A stretch of DNA of 64,000 nt, from IMG/VR virus record IMGVR_UViG_3300005403_000005, positions 1 through 64,000 of that record; one strand, 5' to 3'. The position numbers were made by a program, and so were the translations under genes. This document shows, piece by piece, positions 1-8,965 of this stretch. How positions within the stretch are numbered: the first letter of the stretch is position 1; each line of letters begins with the position of its first letter. This DNA is from a virus (taxonomy: Duplodnaviria > Caudoviricetes). The notes beneath the pieces were generated by a model. It saw only the letters and a program-made list of their open reading frames with translations. It was not told where the DNA came from and did not search any database.

Positions 1-310
1 CCCAGCCCCTCCCGTCCTCTCCCGCATGTCACCCAACTGAATGGCCATGTGCGTCAACGGCAACGTCTAGGTGGAAACGAGAATGGCCATGCGCGTTGAC
101 GGGTAAACGTCCGCCAACTGACGGGAGTGACTAGGAGCGCGTCCTTCAGGACTAACAATGGACGTCACGGTCGCAGGACAAGACAAGGACAGGACATCAA
201 CGTTGAGGCGGCTGGCCACAACCAGCAACGCTAGAGTCCCGTCAGCTTCCCAGTCAATCAAGCCAAGTCAACTCCTAGGCAAGATAATGACGCTAGCGGT
301 GTAATAGCGA

Positions 311-339
311 GTGACATTATATCAACTACTTGATAGAAT
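311..339 (+). promoter_or_regulatory. sigma70-type promoter of cassette 1 (GTGACA-17bp-TAGAAT) with AACTACTTGA in the spacer
   Basis: Near-consensus hexamers 17 bp apart, upstream of RBS AAGGAG and ORF 387; same spacer motif as the promoters at 1581, 2724, 38809, 47106 and 54809. Confidence 0.75.
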
Positions 340-386
340 AGCATCATAGTAAATCACTTCACGAGGATTCACGAAAGGAGCAGGTC

Positions 387-755
387 ATGGAAAAAAATCA
401 AGTCAAGAAGGAAGAGGCAGCAAAGGTCGAGCTCGTCAAGAGCAAGAAGGGGCTCCGCGATGTGTGCGTCGAATGCACACGGAAGGCTCTCGGTCTTGAG
501 GGCGATTTCCTGAAGCTCACCGCAAAGGCAGCACTCGCGAAGGTCCGCGAGATTGCCCCGAAGCTCGAATCCCGCGTCGCTACGCGGTGGAATCGCGTCG
601 AGGTGCGGGAAGGGGAAACGCATCACGAGTTCTGGCGCTGCACGTGCTGCGGCAGGGCAGTCCCCACGGGCAAGAGTACGCTCCCGTCCGATGCGGCGAT
701 GAAGGAGCTGTTCACTAAGGTCGATGAGACCGAGGAGGAGCCCGCTGCCGAGTAG
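387..755 (+). CDS. Hypothetical protein with CxxC...CxCC putative zinc site; paralog of 3728..4084
   Basis: RBS, promoter and terminator; shares KKGL..CxxCT.KA, EIAPKL..R..TRWNRV and KSTLP with 3728..4084. Confidence 0.85.
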   Translation: MEKNQVKKEEAAKVELVKSKKGLRDVCVECTRKALGLEGDFLKLTAKAALAKVREIAPKLESRVATRWNRVEVREGETHHEFWRCTCCGRAVPTGKSTLPSDAAMKELFTKVDETEEEPAAE

Positions 756-781
756 CATCCACACATCCCAGTAGGTCACTG

Positions 782-810
782 AGGGTGGGAGCTTCATTCC
801 CGCCCTTTTT
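782..810 (+). terminator. Rho-independent terminator
   Basis: AGGGTGGGA/TCCCGCCCT stem followed by a T run. Confidence 0.75.
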
Positions 811-1580
811 CTTGGGTCTGGGATGGCTATTCCGCGAACGCTATGGCCCCTAGAATCGACTTTAAGCAGGAAACCCTAATCCTCGCCTTAGTAGAGAGCC
901 AAAGCGCCTCAGATGTCAAATACGGAGCCGGGAGTTTGGAGACTGAATGGCTGCGTCTACGGGACGGCAACTGTGGACGTCAACGTCTGCCGGTTTATGA
1001 TTGGGACTGAATGGCCGCGCGAACGTGACGCAACTGTGACGTCCGGCTCCGGGAGGTGAGTTTTGATAGAAAAACACGAAAAATGTTTCACAGGCGGTTT
1101 TTTAGGAATTCGCTCTAGTCAAGGCTTTGGCAATGGTTAGACCCCTAGCGAGATGACGTCGAAGTTTTGATAAAATGTTTCACAAGGCATCAATGTTATG
1201 GCGGCAGGCGCTTCTTCAGAGTTCTGGGCGGAGCCAATTCTGACTGAAATGCTGTGACAAGTAGGTAAACAAACATAAACATTCGCTACATTGGAGAGTG
1301 TTGCGTAGGCTGGGAATGTGGTGGGATTGTTCTTAATCTAGGTCACTAGACGGACTTCTGGGCGCGTCAATTAGCTATGACTAGCAGACTGAAGCTACCA
1401 GAAGCTAGGTATAGCTATGTTGAAAGGCGCTCCCTGCGGTCGCGGCCCATCGTCCAATTCTCATCCCTATTCGAATTATACGATTGGGCAAAACTTCTAT
1501 AAGAGATTATAAACGCGCGCGCGAGGCTGTCACTTTAAGTCATCCCAGTCGAAAAGTGACGTACTGCGTTGAATAGCATC

Positions 1581-1609
1581 TAGCCATTCTATTAACTACT
1601 TGATATACT
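1581..1609 (+). promoter_or_regulatory. sigma70-type promoter of cassette 2 (TAGCCA-17bp-TATACT)
   Basis: Spacer TTCTATTAACTACTTGA; followed by hairpin GCTC-GAAA-GAGC (1630-1641) and an RBS. Confidence 0.7.
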
Positions 1610-1656
1610 ATCCTCACATATCACGATATGCTCGAAAGAGCAAAGGGGAGGAAGTC

Positions 1657-1764
1657 ATGGAAGCAGTCACGCTGGGCGGAATCATCATCTTGGGCTACTG
1701 CATCGCACTCGTAATAGGCGAGAACCGGGTCGAAAAGGACCGGGCTAAGAGGAGGCAGTCATGA
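1657..1764 (+). CDS. 35-aa single-TM peptide (MEAVTLGGIIILGYCIALVIG...)
   Basis: Translated by hand; RBS GGGGAGG; its stop overlaps the ATG of 1761 (ATGA). Confidence 0.6.
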   Translation: MEAVTLGGIIILGYCIALVIGENRVEKDRAKRRQS

Positions 1765-1964
1765 GCGGATACGACGATTACGAGGAGTGCGAACTGTGCG
1801 GGGAAGATAGGACGATGTGCAAGTGTCAGCCCTGTCCTGTGTGCGGAGAGGTGGGGAAGCAGGAGTGTATCGGCGAGCACTACTTCCCAGTCCGAGGGAA
1901 GCATGGCGGCAGATGGTTCCTTATCGAGATTCCCCAAGGAGGTGAAAGATGTATGAGGTTCTGA
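1761..1964 (+). CDS. Small Cys-rich (CxxC/CxC) hypothetical protein
   Basis: RBS GAGGAGG, ATGA coupling; the true C-terminus is uncertain. Confidence 0.6.
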   Translation: MSGYDDYEECELCGEDRTMCKCQPCPVCGEVGKQECIGEHYFPVRGKHGGRWFLIEIPQGGERCMRF

Positions 1965-2086
1965 TTGATGGGCGCTACTACAACTGCTACTTCACGGAGC
2001 TCCGGGCTGAGATGGTGGCAAATAAGCTCAGAAGGGATGGCTACGAGAATGTAGAGCTCAGGAAGACAATGAGGGTAATGAAATGA
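1949..2086 (+). CDS. 45-aa hypothetical protein (MYEVLIDGRYYNCYF...)
   Basis: Translated by hand; strong RBS AGGAGGT; ATGA overlap with 2083. Confidence 0.55.
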   Translation: MYEVLIDGRYYNCYFTELRAEMVANKLRRDGYENVELRKTMRVMK

Positions 2087-2448
2087 AACGATTGGTGATA
2101 GTTCTAATATTGGTGATGATGGCGAGCAGCGCGGAGGCTGCGGATAAGTGGACTGCTGGGAATTACGCCCTTGAGGGTGTGTATCTCGGAGCGCTGGCAA
2201 TCGATTGGATGCAGACTCGGAACATCGCACGTCACCCCGACCGCTTCCAAGAGTATAACCCCATCCTCGGCTCCCATCCCCATTCCGATAAGGTGGATTT
2301 GATATGTTTGGGTAGCGCTCTGGGTCACGTATTGGTGACGCATATGCTCCCCGAAGAGTATCGTCCCTATTGGCAGTGGTCTACGGCAGCACTGGAAGTC
2401 TCAGCCGTAGGGTGGAATTTCAGCGCAGGCATTGCAGCTAAATGGTGA
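2083..2448 (+). CDS. Hypothetical exported/membrane protein (signal peptide; D..QT...E.NP.LG motif)
   Basis: N-terminal MKRLVIVLILVMMASSAEA signal-like sequence and hydrophobic segments. Confidence 0.75.
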   Translation: MKRLVIVLILVMMASSAEAADKWTAGNYALEGVYLGALAIDWMQTRNIARHPDRFQEYNPILGSHPHSDKVDLICLGSALGHVLVTHMLPEEYRPYWQWSTAALEVSAVGWNFSAGIAAKW

Positions 2449-2465
2449 TGAGTCGAGCGCAGTAG

Positions 2466-2498
2466 ACTGGGGAGCACAGTTCAAAGGCTCCCCAGTTT
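2466..2498 (+). terminator. Rho-independent terminator
   Basis: ACTGGGGAGC/GCTCCCCAGT stem followed by T's. Confidence 0.65.
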
Positions 2499-2723
2499 GG
2501 CCGCGTGTGCACAACAGTTGACGTTCAGAATGGAATGGCCGCGCATGCCCGCGCCGTGACGTCCGGGGCTGTATTGTTTCGAGACCAAGTCTATAGAGCC
2601 AAGTCAACGAGAACGTCAACGTCCACCAGATGCGACAAGAACATCAACGTCATAAGGATTGCGGCGCGACAGCATGGCAGTTTAAGTCAGGTGATAAAGC
2701 GACAGCGGGGGCGTAATAGCATC

Positions 2724-2752
2724 TCGACAATCAATCAACTGCTTGATAGAAT
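2724..2752 (+). promoter_or_regulatory. sigma70-type promoter of cassette 3 (TCGACA-17bp-TAGAAT)
   Basis: Spacer ATCAATCAACTGCTTGA; followed by hairpin CGCTC-TTCG-GAGCG (2763-2776). Confidence 0.75.
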
Positions 2753-2800
2753 CTCTCATATACGCTCTTCGGAGCGAATCCACAGGAAGGGAGAAGGGAT

Positions 2801-3082
2801 ATGCCAAGGAATCTGAAAGCGAGGAAGAAGCAGAAGCCCACGAAAGAGGAAGAGCTTTTCGAGAAGAGAGTCAAGGCGATGAGAGCGCTCAAGAGCGTCA
2901 TCGATGAGCGCTTCCAGCAGTACGAGGAAGCGCTCATCGATGATGTGGAGGCGGTGATAATCACGCAATCGGAAGCGACCGCGACAGCCTACACGCTCTT
3001 CCTTTTGGACGAGGAGTTGAAACATCTCAAGCGGATGCAGAGGGAAGATGAGGCGATGAAGCCCCTTCGCAGTGTGTATTAA
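2801..3082 (+). CDS. Hypothetical charged helical protein
   Basis: RBS GAAGGG; flanked by its own promoter and terminator. Confidence 0.75.
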   Translation: MPRNLKARKKQKPTKEEELFEKRVKAMRALKSVIDERFQQYEEALIDDVEAVIITQSEATATAYTLFLLDEELKHLKRMQREDEAMKPLRSVY

Positions 3083-3090
3083 GCAGTCAC

Positions 3091-3120
3091 GCTGGGATGC
3101 TTCGGCATCCCAGCTTTTTT
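3091..3120 (+). terminator. Rho-independent terminator
   Basis: Perfect GCTGGGATGC-TTCG-GCATCCCAGC hairpin plus T6. Confidence 0.9.
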
Positions 3121-3643
3121 GTGTCATCTCAGGAACAGAATGGCCGCGCGTGCGTCCGAGTTGACGTTTTGGTGCTGACATCGACGTTTGGGCGGCGGGA
3201 TAATCCGGCTTAGTCTTCGTCCAAGTCCATCTCCCGAACTGAATGGCCATGCGCGTAGACGGGTGAACATGAGGGGCTCTCGAAATTCATATACATTGAA
3301 TCCCATATATACAGGAATCCGAATATAGAAGGGAAGGAATATTAGAGGATGCTAATTAAAGAGATATCATTAGAGGATACACATATTAGGATGCTCTAAT
3401 GATACTATCTCGATATCTCATTAGAATCCCATAATATCCTGCATGCTATTGCATGGGATAGTGTAGCGTGATGCTATCCCAAATCATAGCATAGAATCCC
3501 CCTAGAATCCCCTAGAATCGATTTTCTTTCCTTATTCGTGTATCCCCTTTCCTTTCCCTTGAAATGGATTACAGGGGATTTTAGATACATTCAGCACTGA
3601 ATAGAAATATTTTCGGATAAAATCAAAAAAGTGAAATATTCGC

Positions 3644-3671
3644 TTGCAATCTATGAAGTGCTTGATATAAT
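3644..3671 (+). promoter_or_regulatory. sigma70-type promoter of cassette 4 (TTGCAA-16bp-TATAAT) with upstream A-tract
   Basis: Consensus -10; spacer ends in GCTTGA like the other cassette promoters. Confidence 0.7.
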
Positions 3672-3727
3672 CCTCCATATCACATACGATGCATTGCATC
3701 GAAATTCAGCAGCGAAAGGGGATTATC

Positions 3728-4084
3728 ATGAGCGCAAAGAATCGGAAGCAAAATGAAAAAATCAAAGAGATTAAAATCGTATCAGTAAAAAAGGGGTTAG
3801 AAGATAATTGCGTGTATTGTACTGCAAAAGCACAAGGGATGAATGAAAGCGAGCTTGATACAATCTTTACAATGGGAAGCAAAGCGGGATTGCAAAAGCT
3901 TAAAGAGATTGCTCCCAAGCTTTCAGAGCGTACGCGCACACGCTGGAATCGTGTGATGATACAAGTGGATTCTAATGTGCATGATGTATGGATGTGCACG
4001 GAGTGCAAGCGTGTAGTGAATGCAAGTAAATCCACGCTCCCCGAAATTTTCCCCGCAGATATCGCAAGCAAGCTGAAAAAGTAA
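3728..4084 (+). CDS. Hypothetical protein with two CxxC motifs; paralog of 387..755
   Basis: RBS AAGGG before ATG 3728; alignable to 387..755. Confidence 0.85.
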   Translation: MSAKNRKQNEKIKEIKIVSVKKGLEDNCVYCTAKAQGMNESELDTIFTMGSKAGLQKLKEIAPKLSERTRTRWNRVMIQVDSNVHDVWMCTECKRVVNASKSTLPEIFPADIASKLKK

Positions 4085-4089
4085 TCATT

Positions 4090-4120
4090 AAGGGAAGCTC
4101 ATTGGAGCTTCCCTTTCCTT
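4090..4120 (+). terminator. Rho-independent terminator
   Basis: AAGGGAAGCTC-ATTG-GAGCTTCCCTT hairpin followed by a pyrimidine run. Confidence 0.8.
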
Positions 4121-4527
4121 TTCCCTATACATTCAATAAGTCGGATATATGAACTATTGCATGAATATCCTCGCCACTGGCAGTCCAGCAACTTGAAGCC
4201 CCGGCAGTCTTCGTCGTGCCGAGAAAATAACCAGTCTGACCCCATTCGTCGTAGTCTGTTCTTCGTCTATCTTTGTTCTCCCTCGCATCATCCCAGTCCA
4301 TCTACGGTAGTAAAAACCAGACAAAAAGGCAACGCATAAATGTTGCCTAACAGTAGGACAAGTGTTTTGAATTGCGGCAGTTTGCGGGTAGTTGAACTAA
4401 GTCAGTTCGGTGACAATCGTATAATTGTTATAGGTGATTGAAAAAACGTTGCTAAGAAGGGAAGGGTTGCCAGTTACCATTTGGCAACCCTTTTGTTTTG
4501 GGGCGTAAACGGGAGGAAAACAAATAA

Positions 4528-5271
4528 ATGGCAGGCACCAGCAAGATGCAGCGGTTGAACAACCATATCTGGCTCATCATCCAAGGCCGGTATGAGAAGG
4601 GGGATTCTGTACGTGGTTTGGCACGCGAGTATGGGATAAATCCGGCGACGATATGCAATAGAGCTAAGAAGTATGGCTGGCTTGAGCACGGCAGCCTGAA
4701 CAAGGAGGCAATCAACAAGGCGCGTACGGAGATTACCGATGACCTGGGGGCGACGTACAAGACGTTGGCGAAACAGGCTATTGGCAACCACTATAAGCTG
4801 TTCCGTTACATCCAGCAGCTTGGCTTGAAGTTTGTGCAGGAGGTTGAGAAGAACTCTAAGCTCCCTGCGGCGAGTAGGTCGAATATCAACAGGGAGATTT
4901 ACCAACTGAACGTCCTGTCCCAGACGATTAAGAATGCTGTCGATGGCGAGCGCGTTGCGCTGGGGATGGACAAGATAAATTGGGACGACGAGAAGGATGC
5001 GTTTGATAAATTCACGCAGGCTATCGAGAAGATGCGCGGCGAGAAGGGGATTGCGCACAAAACGGATGAGATAGAAGCCTCAGATGACATTGACGATTAT
5101 GAGGAGCTACCCGTGGAGAATGAGGAGGGTATCGATGGCGGGTTAGTCGATGAGCTTCCCAGCCAGACAAACCCGGATGACCTTGAGCATGCGTATGACA
5201 GGGACAGGATTGAGCGCGGAGGCTTGGAGCTACAGGAGAGCGAAGTCTTGGATAGCTGCAAGGAGTCGTAA
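4528..5271 (+). CDS. Terminase small subunit (N-terminal HTH, acidic tail)
   Basis: HTH-like SVRGLAREYGINPATICNRAKKYGW; directly upstream of and coupled to terL. Confidence 0.8.
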   Translation: MAGTSKMQRLNNHIWLIIQGRYEKGDSVRGLAREYGINPATICNRAKKYGWLEHGSLNKEAINKARTEITDDLGATYKTLAKQAIGNHYKLFRYIQQLGLKFVQEVEKNSKLPAASRSNINREIYQLNVLSQTIKNAVDGERVALGMDKINWDDEKDAFDKFTQAIEKMRGEKGIAHKTDEIEASDDIDDYEELPVENEEGIDGGLVDELPSQTNPDDLEHAYDRDRIERGGLELQESEVLDSCKES

Positions 5272-6575
5272 TGGCTGGCTTCCCTTTTGAGAACCTATCG
5301 GAGAAGCAGTTGATGAGCATCGTCCAGAGTACATCGCGCATCAACATCTGGGAGGGCGCGGTACGGAGCGGGAAGACGATAGCTAGTATCTTTAGGTGGC
5401 TTGAGTTCCTGCGGAACAATCCTCCCCAGGGCGGCACGTTCGCCATGATAGGGAAGACGCAGACAAGTATCCAGCGGAACATCCTCGACCCCATCATGGA
5501 TTTCTTCCCCGGCGTGTGCAAGTTTAACCGGGGAACTGGGGAATTCTACTTCAAGGACATGATGATTGAGGTAATTGGCGCGAACGATGAGCGTGCGCAG
5601 GACAAGATTCGGGGGCGCACGATGGCGGGCGCTTACGGCGATGAGGTTTCCCTCTGGCCGGAGAGCTTCTGGACGATGCTGCTGTCGCGTCTATCAGTCC
5701 GGGGCGCGAAGTTCTTCGGAACGACAAACCCCGATTCGCCCTACCACTACCTGAAGAAGGACTACATCGACCGGACTGGGGATTTGGATATCAGCGTCTT
5801 CCACTTCACGCTCCCCGATAACCCGGCGCTCGACCCGCGCTACGTCGCCAACCTGAAGAAGGAGTACACCGGACTATGGTACAAGCGCTTCATCGAAGGG
5901 CTGTGGGTTCAGGCTGAGGGCGCTATCTACGATATGTTTGATACATCACGCCATGTGATTGACGTAACCCAAGCTCTCCCAGTGAACATCGATGGGCTCA
6001 CCAACCAGAATCCCGCGCGGAAATTGGTCGGTATGCCAGCACAGAAGCCCATCAAGTACTTCGTTGCCATCGATTATGGGACAGCCAATGCCACGGTATT
6101 CGGCCTTTTCGCGCACCGTGGGGATGCCCCGCCCGTATACCTGTTGAAGGAGTATTACTACGATGGCAGGAAGACGGGTAGGCAGAAGACTGATAGCGAG
6201 TATGCAGATGACCTTCTCGACTTCATCGGCCCACTGAGGGGGAAAATCGCGGTCTACATCGACCCCTCGGCGCTCTCCTTCATCACTGAGGTCAAGAAAA
6301 GGGGCATCTACGTCTGTGAGGCGAAGAACGCAGTCATTGATGGGATACGTTTCGTGGGCGACATGCTCAGAAATGACCTCTTCAAGATGGATACGAAGTG
6401 CATCATGACGCAGGAAGAGCTCCAAGGCTACATCTGGGACGAGAAAGCACAGCGGAAAGGGGAGGATAAGCCCGTGAAGGAGCGTGACCACGCTTGCGAT
6501 ATGGTCAGATACGGCCTTTTCAGCCACTTTTACAAGCGGGGGAATACTGTTGTCGCTGGTTTCAACTATAAGTAA
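5271..6575 (+). CDS. terL: Terminase large subunit (PBSX-like)
   Basis: Walker A GAVRSGKT, Walker B YGDE, TTNP coupling motif, nuclease IDYG...DHACD. Confidence 0.95.
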   Translation: MAGFPFENLSEKQLMSIVQSTSRINIWEGAVRSGKTIASIFRWLEFLRNNPPQGGTFAMIGKTQTSIQRNILDPIMDFFPGVCKFNRGTGEFYFKDMMIEVIGANDERAQDKIRGRTMAGAYGDEVSLWPESFWTMLLSRLSVRGAKFFGTTNPDSPYHYLKKDYIDRTGDLDISVFHFTLPDNPALDPRYVANLKKEYTGLWYKRFIEGLWVQAEGAIYDMFDTSRHVIDVTQALPVNIDGLTNQNPARKLVGMPAQKPIKYFVAIDYGTANATVFGLFAHRGDAPPVYLLKEYYYDGRKTGRQKTDSEYADDLLDFIGPLRGKIAVYIDPSALSFITEVKKRGIYVCEAKNAVIDGIRFVGDMLRNDLFKMDTKCIMTQEELQGYIWDEKAQRKGEDKPVKERDHACDMVRYGLFSHFYKRGNTVVAGFNYK

Positions 6576-6599
6576 GAGGTTAATAGAAAGGAGAGTTAG

Positions 6600-6803
6600 A
6601 TGGAATACGAGAAGTACGTTCATCACGGCAAGGAAGTGGTCGTGGGGAGCGAGCTGAAAGGGAAACATCGCGAATACTGCCTGTGCTATGCGTGCGATAA
6701 GTTCGGCTTTTGCCACATAGTGAAGGATGTTTTCGAGAATTGTGTGAAGCACAGCATCGTCACGCCCATTTGGGAGTGTCCGCACTTCAACGAGAGGGAT
6801 TGA
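6600..6803 (+). CDS. Small Cys-containing hypothetical protein
   Basis: RBS AAGGAG; lies between terL and portal. Confidence 0.7.
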   Translation: MEYEKYVHHGKEVVVGSELKGKHREYCLCYACDKFGFCHIVKDVFENCVKHSIVTPIWECPHFNERD

Positions 6804-6806
6804 TAG

Positions 6807-8375
6807 ATGGCAGACATCAATAAGGTGGGAGGGGCGGATGAGACAAATAAGGATGTCATCTCCCACAGGCATCCAGAATACAACGGAATTTCAAGCATTT
6901 GGGACTTCTTCCTCCTAAGTTACCACGGTGGCGAAGCATACACAGCGGCAAATCTCTTTCGTTATTTCAAGGAGGGGCAGGAAGAATTCAATTCGCGAGT
7001 CGCTCGCTCCTATCGGGAGAATCACTCACGCCGCGTAGTAGACCTCATCAACTCGTATCTCTTCAAGGAAGCGCCCATCAGGAGGACAAAGAACGAGAGA
7101 TTGGAGCGCTTCATCGAAGATGCGGACGGAAAGGGGAATTCCCTCGACCACGTGATGAAGGAAGTCTCCCAGTTCTCCTCTGTACTGGGAAGAGTCTACA
7201 TCGTCTGCGACAAGAAGGCGCTCCCTGAAGAGGAGCGTACCGGAACGCAGGCGGATAACCTGAAGACCACGCCCTACATCTACATCGTCTATCCGCAGGA
7301 TATGCTGGACATCAGCATCGATGAATTCGGCGTGGTTCGCTGGGCTCTGGTGCGCGAGCAGGAGCGTCGTGGCGAGGAATCCATCTTTACCGCAGAGAGC
7401 GTGCTCAAGCCACGCTACAGATTGTGGGAGAAGGGGAAGTGGTCCCTCTATGATGAGGGCGGGAAAGAGGTTGATTCTGGGGAGACAGGGATTGATATCG
7501 TTCCCATCATCCCCGTAGACCATGAGCGAAGGACGGTCTACTCGGGACAATCGCTGATTGCGGACATCGCCTATCTGGACAGGGCGATATTCAACAACTG
7601 GTCAAGGCTCGATACTATCGTCTGCGACCAGACATTCTCGCAGCTCATCTTCCCGATTGAGGGGATGATGTCGGCTGTGATTGAGGACAAGGAGCTTCGG
7701 GAGCAATTCATGGCGCTTGCGACCAACAGAGTCCTCCTCTACTCCATGCAAGCTGGCGTTCCTCCCCAGTTCATCTCCCCCGATGCTTCACAGGCTGAAT
7801 TCATCCTCAACATGATTCAGGTTCAGGTGAAGCAACTGTACGCATCACTGGGACTACAAGGGGAGATTGCCACTGAAGTCAAGCAGACCACGGGAGTAGC
7901 CAAAGCGTACGACTTCGACAAGCTTAACAAGCTGCTCGCAAATAAAGCGGATAATCTCGAAGCGGCAGAGGAGCGGCTTTTCAAGGTTGTAAACAAGTGG
8001 CTCGGACTTTCTGGGAAGCCGGATATCGAGGTTTCCTATCCCGATGAATTCGATACGCGCGGCCTTGTGGATGAGCTCAACATTGCCGAGCGCGTGACGC
8101 TGCTCGAAGTTTCCGATGCGCTCAACAAGGCGCTTTACAAAAACATTGCTGGGAAGGCGCTTCCCCATGCTCCCAAGGAGCTCGTCAAGGAGATTGAGAA
8201 GGAGATTGATGAGGGCAGGGATAAGACGATGATGATGGATGATGCACTCAAGGACAACATTGACCAAAGACCGGCAAATGCCCCGCGCTCGCGCGATAGA
8301 GTGTCCAATCCCAAGCAGTCAGATTATCCGACACCCACCAGAACACAATCCAAACAAAAGGCGGAGAGGCCATAA
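6807..8375 (+). CDS. Portal protein (SPP1 gp6-like)
   Basis: Position after terL, 522 aa, portal-like motifs (LGRVYIV.D, AYLDRAIFN, TGVAKAYDF). Confidence 0.9.
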   Translation: MADINKVGGADETNKDVISHRHPEYNGISSIWDFFLLSYHGGEAYTAANLFRYFKEGQEEFNSRVARSYRENHSRRVVDLINSYLFKEAPIRRTKNERLERFIEDADGKGNSLDHVMKEVSQFSSVLGRVYIVCDKKALPEEERTGTQADNLKTTPYIYIVYPQDMLDISIDEFGVVRWALVREQERRGEESIFTAESVLKPRYRLWEKGKWSLYDEGGKEVDSGETGIDIVPIIPVDHERRTVYSGQSLIADIAYLDRAIFNNWSRLDTIVCDQTFSQLIFPIEGMMSAVIEDKELREQFMALATNRVLLYSMQAGVPPQFISPDASQAEFILNMIQVQVKQLYASLGLQGEIATEVKQTTGVAKAYDFDKLNKLLANKADNLEAAEERLFKVVNKWLGLSGKPDIEVSYPDEFDTRGLVDELNIAERVTLLEVSDALNKALYKNIAGKALPHAPKELVKEIEKEIDEGRDKTMMMDDALKDNIDQRPANAPRSRDRVSNPKQSDYPTPTRTQSKQKAERP

Positions 8376-8689
8376 TGTCCAAGAAAAAGAAGGATGAGGA
8401 TGAGGATGTTTTCTACGTGAAGATTGCCAGCCACGAGTACAAGGTTTCCCAGAAGCCGCTCTTTCTGCGGGAGGGAACAGCCGGGACATGCAGAACCCAA
8501 GCGCTCGAAATCGAAATCGATGACGCCATCCCAGTTTCGGCACAGGAGGAAGCTCTTGTTCACGAAATCATCGAGGCTATCAACTACCATTACGAGCTTG
8601 AATTGGAGCACAACAAAATAACAGTTCTTGGAGCTGCACTACACCAAGTTCTTGCGGAAAATCCACATCTTACATTTGGTCAACAGTAA
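8375..8689 (+). CDS. Hypothetical protein with HExxE metallopeptidase-like motif
   Basis: ALVHEIIEAINY; TAATG-coupled to the portal gene. Confidence 0.7.
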   Translation: MSKKKKDEDEDVFYVKIASHEYKVSQKPLFLREGTAGTCRTQALEIEIDDAIPVSAQEEALVHEIIEAINYHYELELEHNKITVLGAALHQVLAENPHLTFGQQ

Positions 8690-8927
8690 CTCACTGTTTG
8701 CCAATCGTATAATTACTATGTATGGATAGAATGAGATTTGACCCGAACGCCTCTCCCAGAGATGATGGATGATGCGCACTTTTCGGATTGAGTAGCGGTC
8801 ACTGAGGGCATCGTGAGATGAGCGACCTGAGCCGCAAAAGAGGGAGGAGCCTGTACTCTACGTCATTGATTCAGGCCCACGCTGGCAGTCCGGTTTGGTT
8901 AGAATAGTCTGCCATTCGTCAACAACG

Positions 8928-8965
8928 CCCACCCGCTCCGCAAGGACAAGGTGGGCTTTTCTTTT
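8928..8965 (+). terminator. Terminator-like hairpin with an internal GCAA-capped hairpin
   Basis: GCCCACC...GGTGGGC stem plus TTTTCTTTT, directly abutting the tRNA 5' end. Confidence 0.6.

Noticed and set aside
39-3268. CRISPR array interpretation of the GAATGGCC repeats or the 9-bp arrays
   Set aside because: Repeats are degenerate and irregularly spaced with genes between them; the 9-bp arrays have no spacers; no cas genes.
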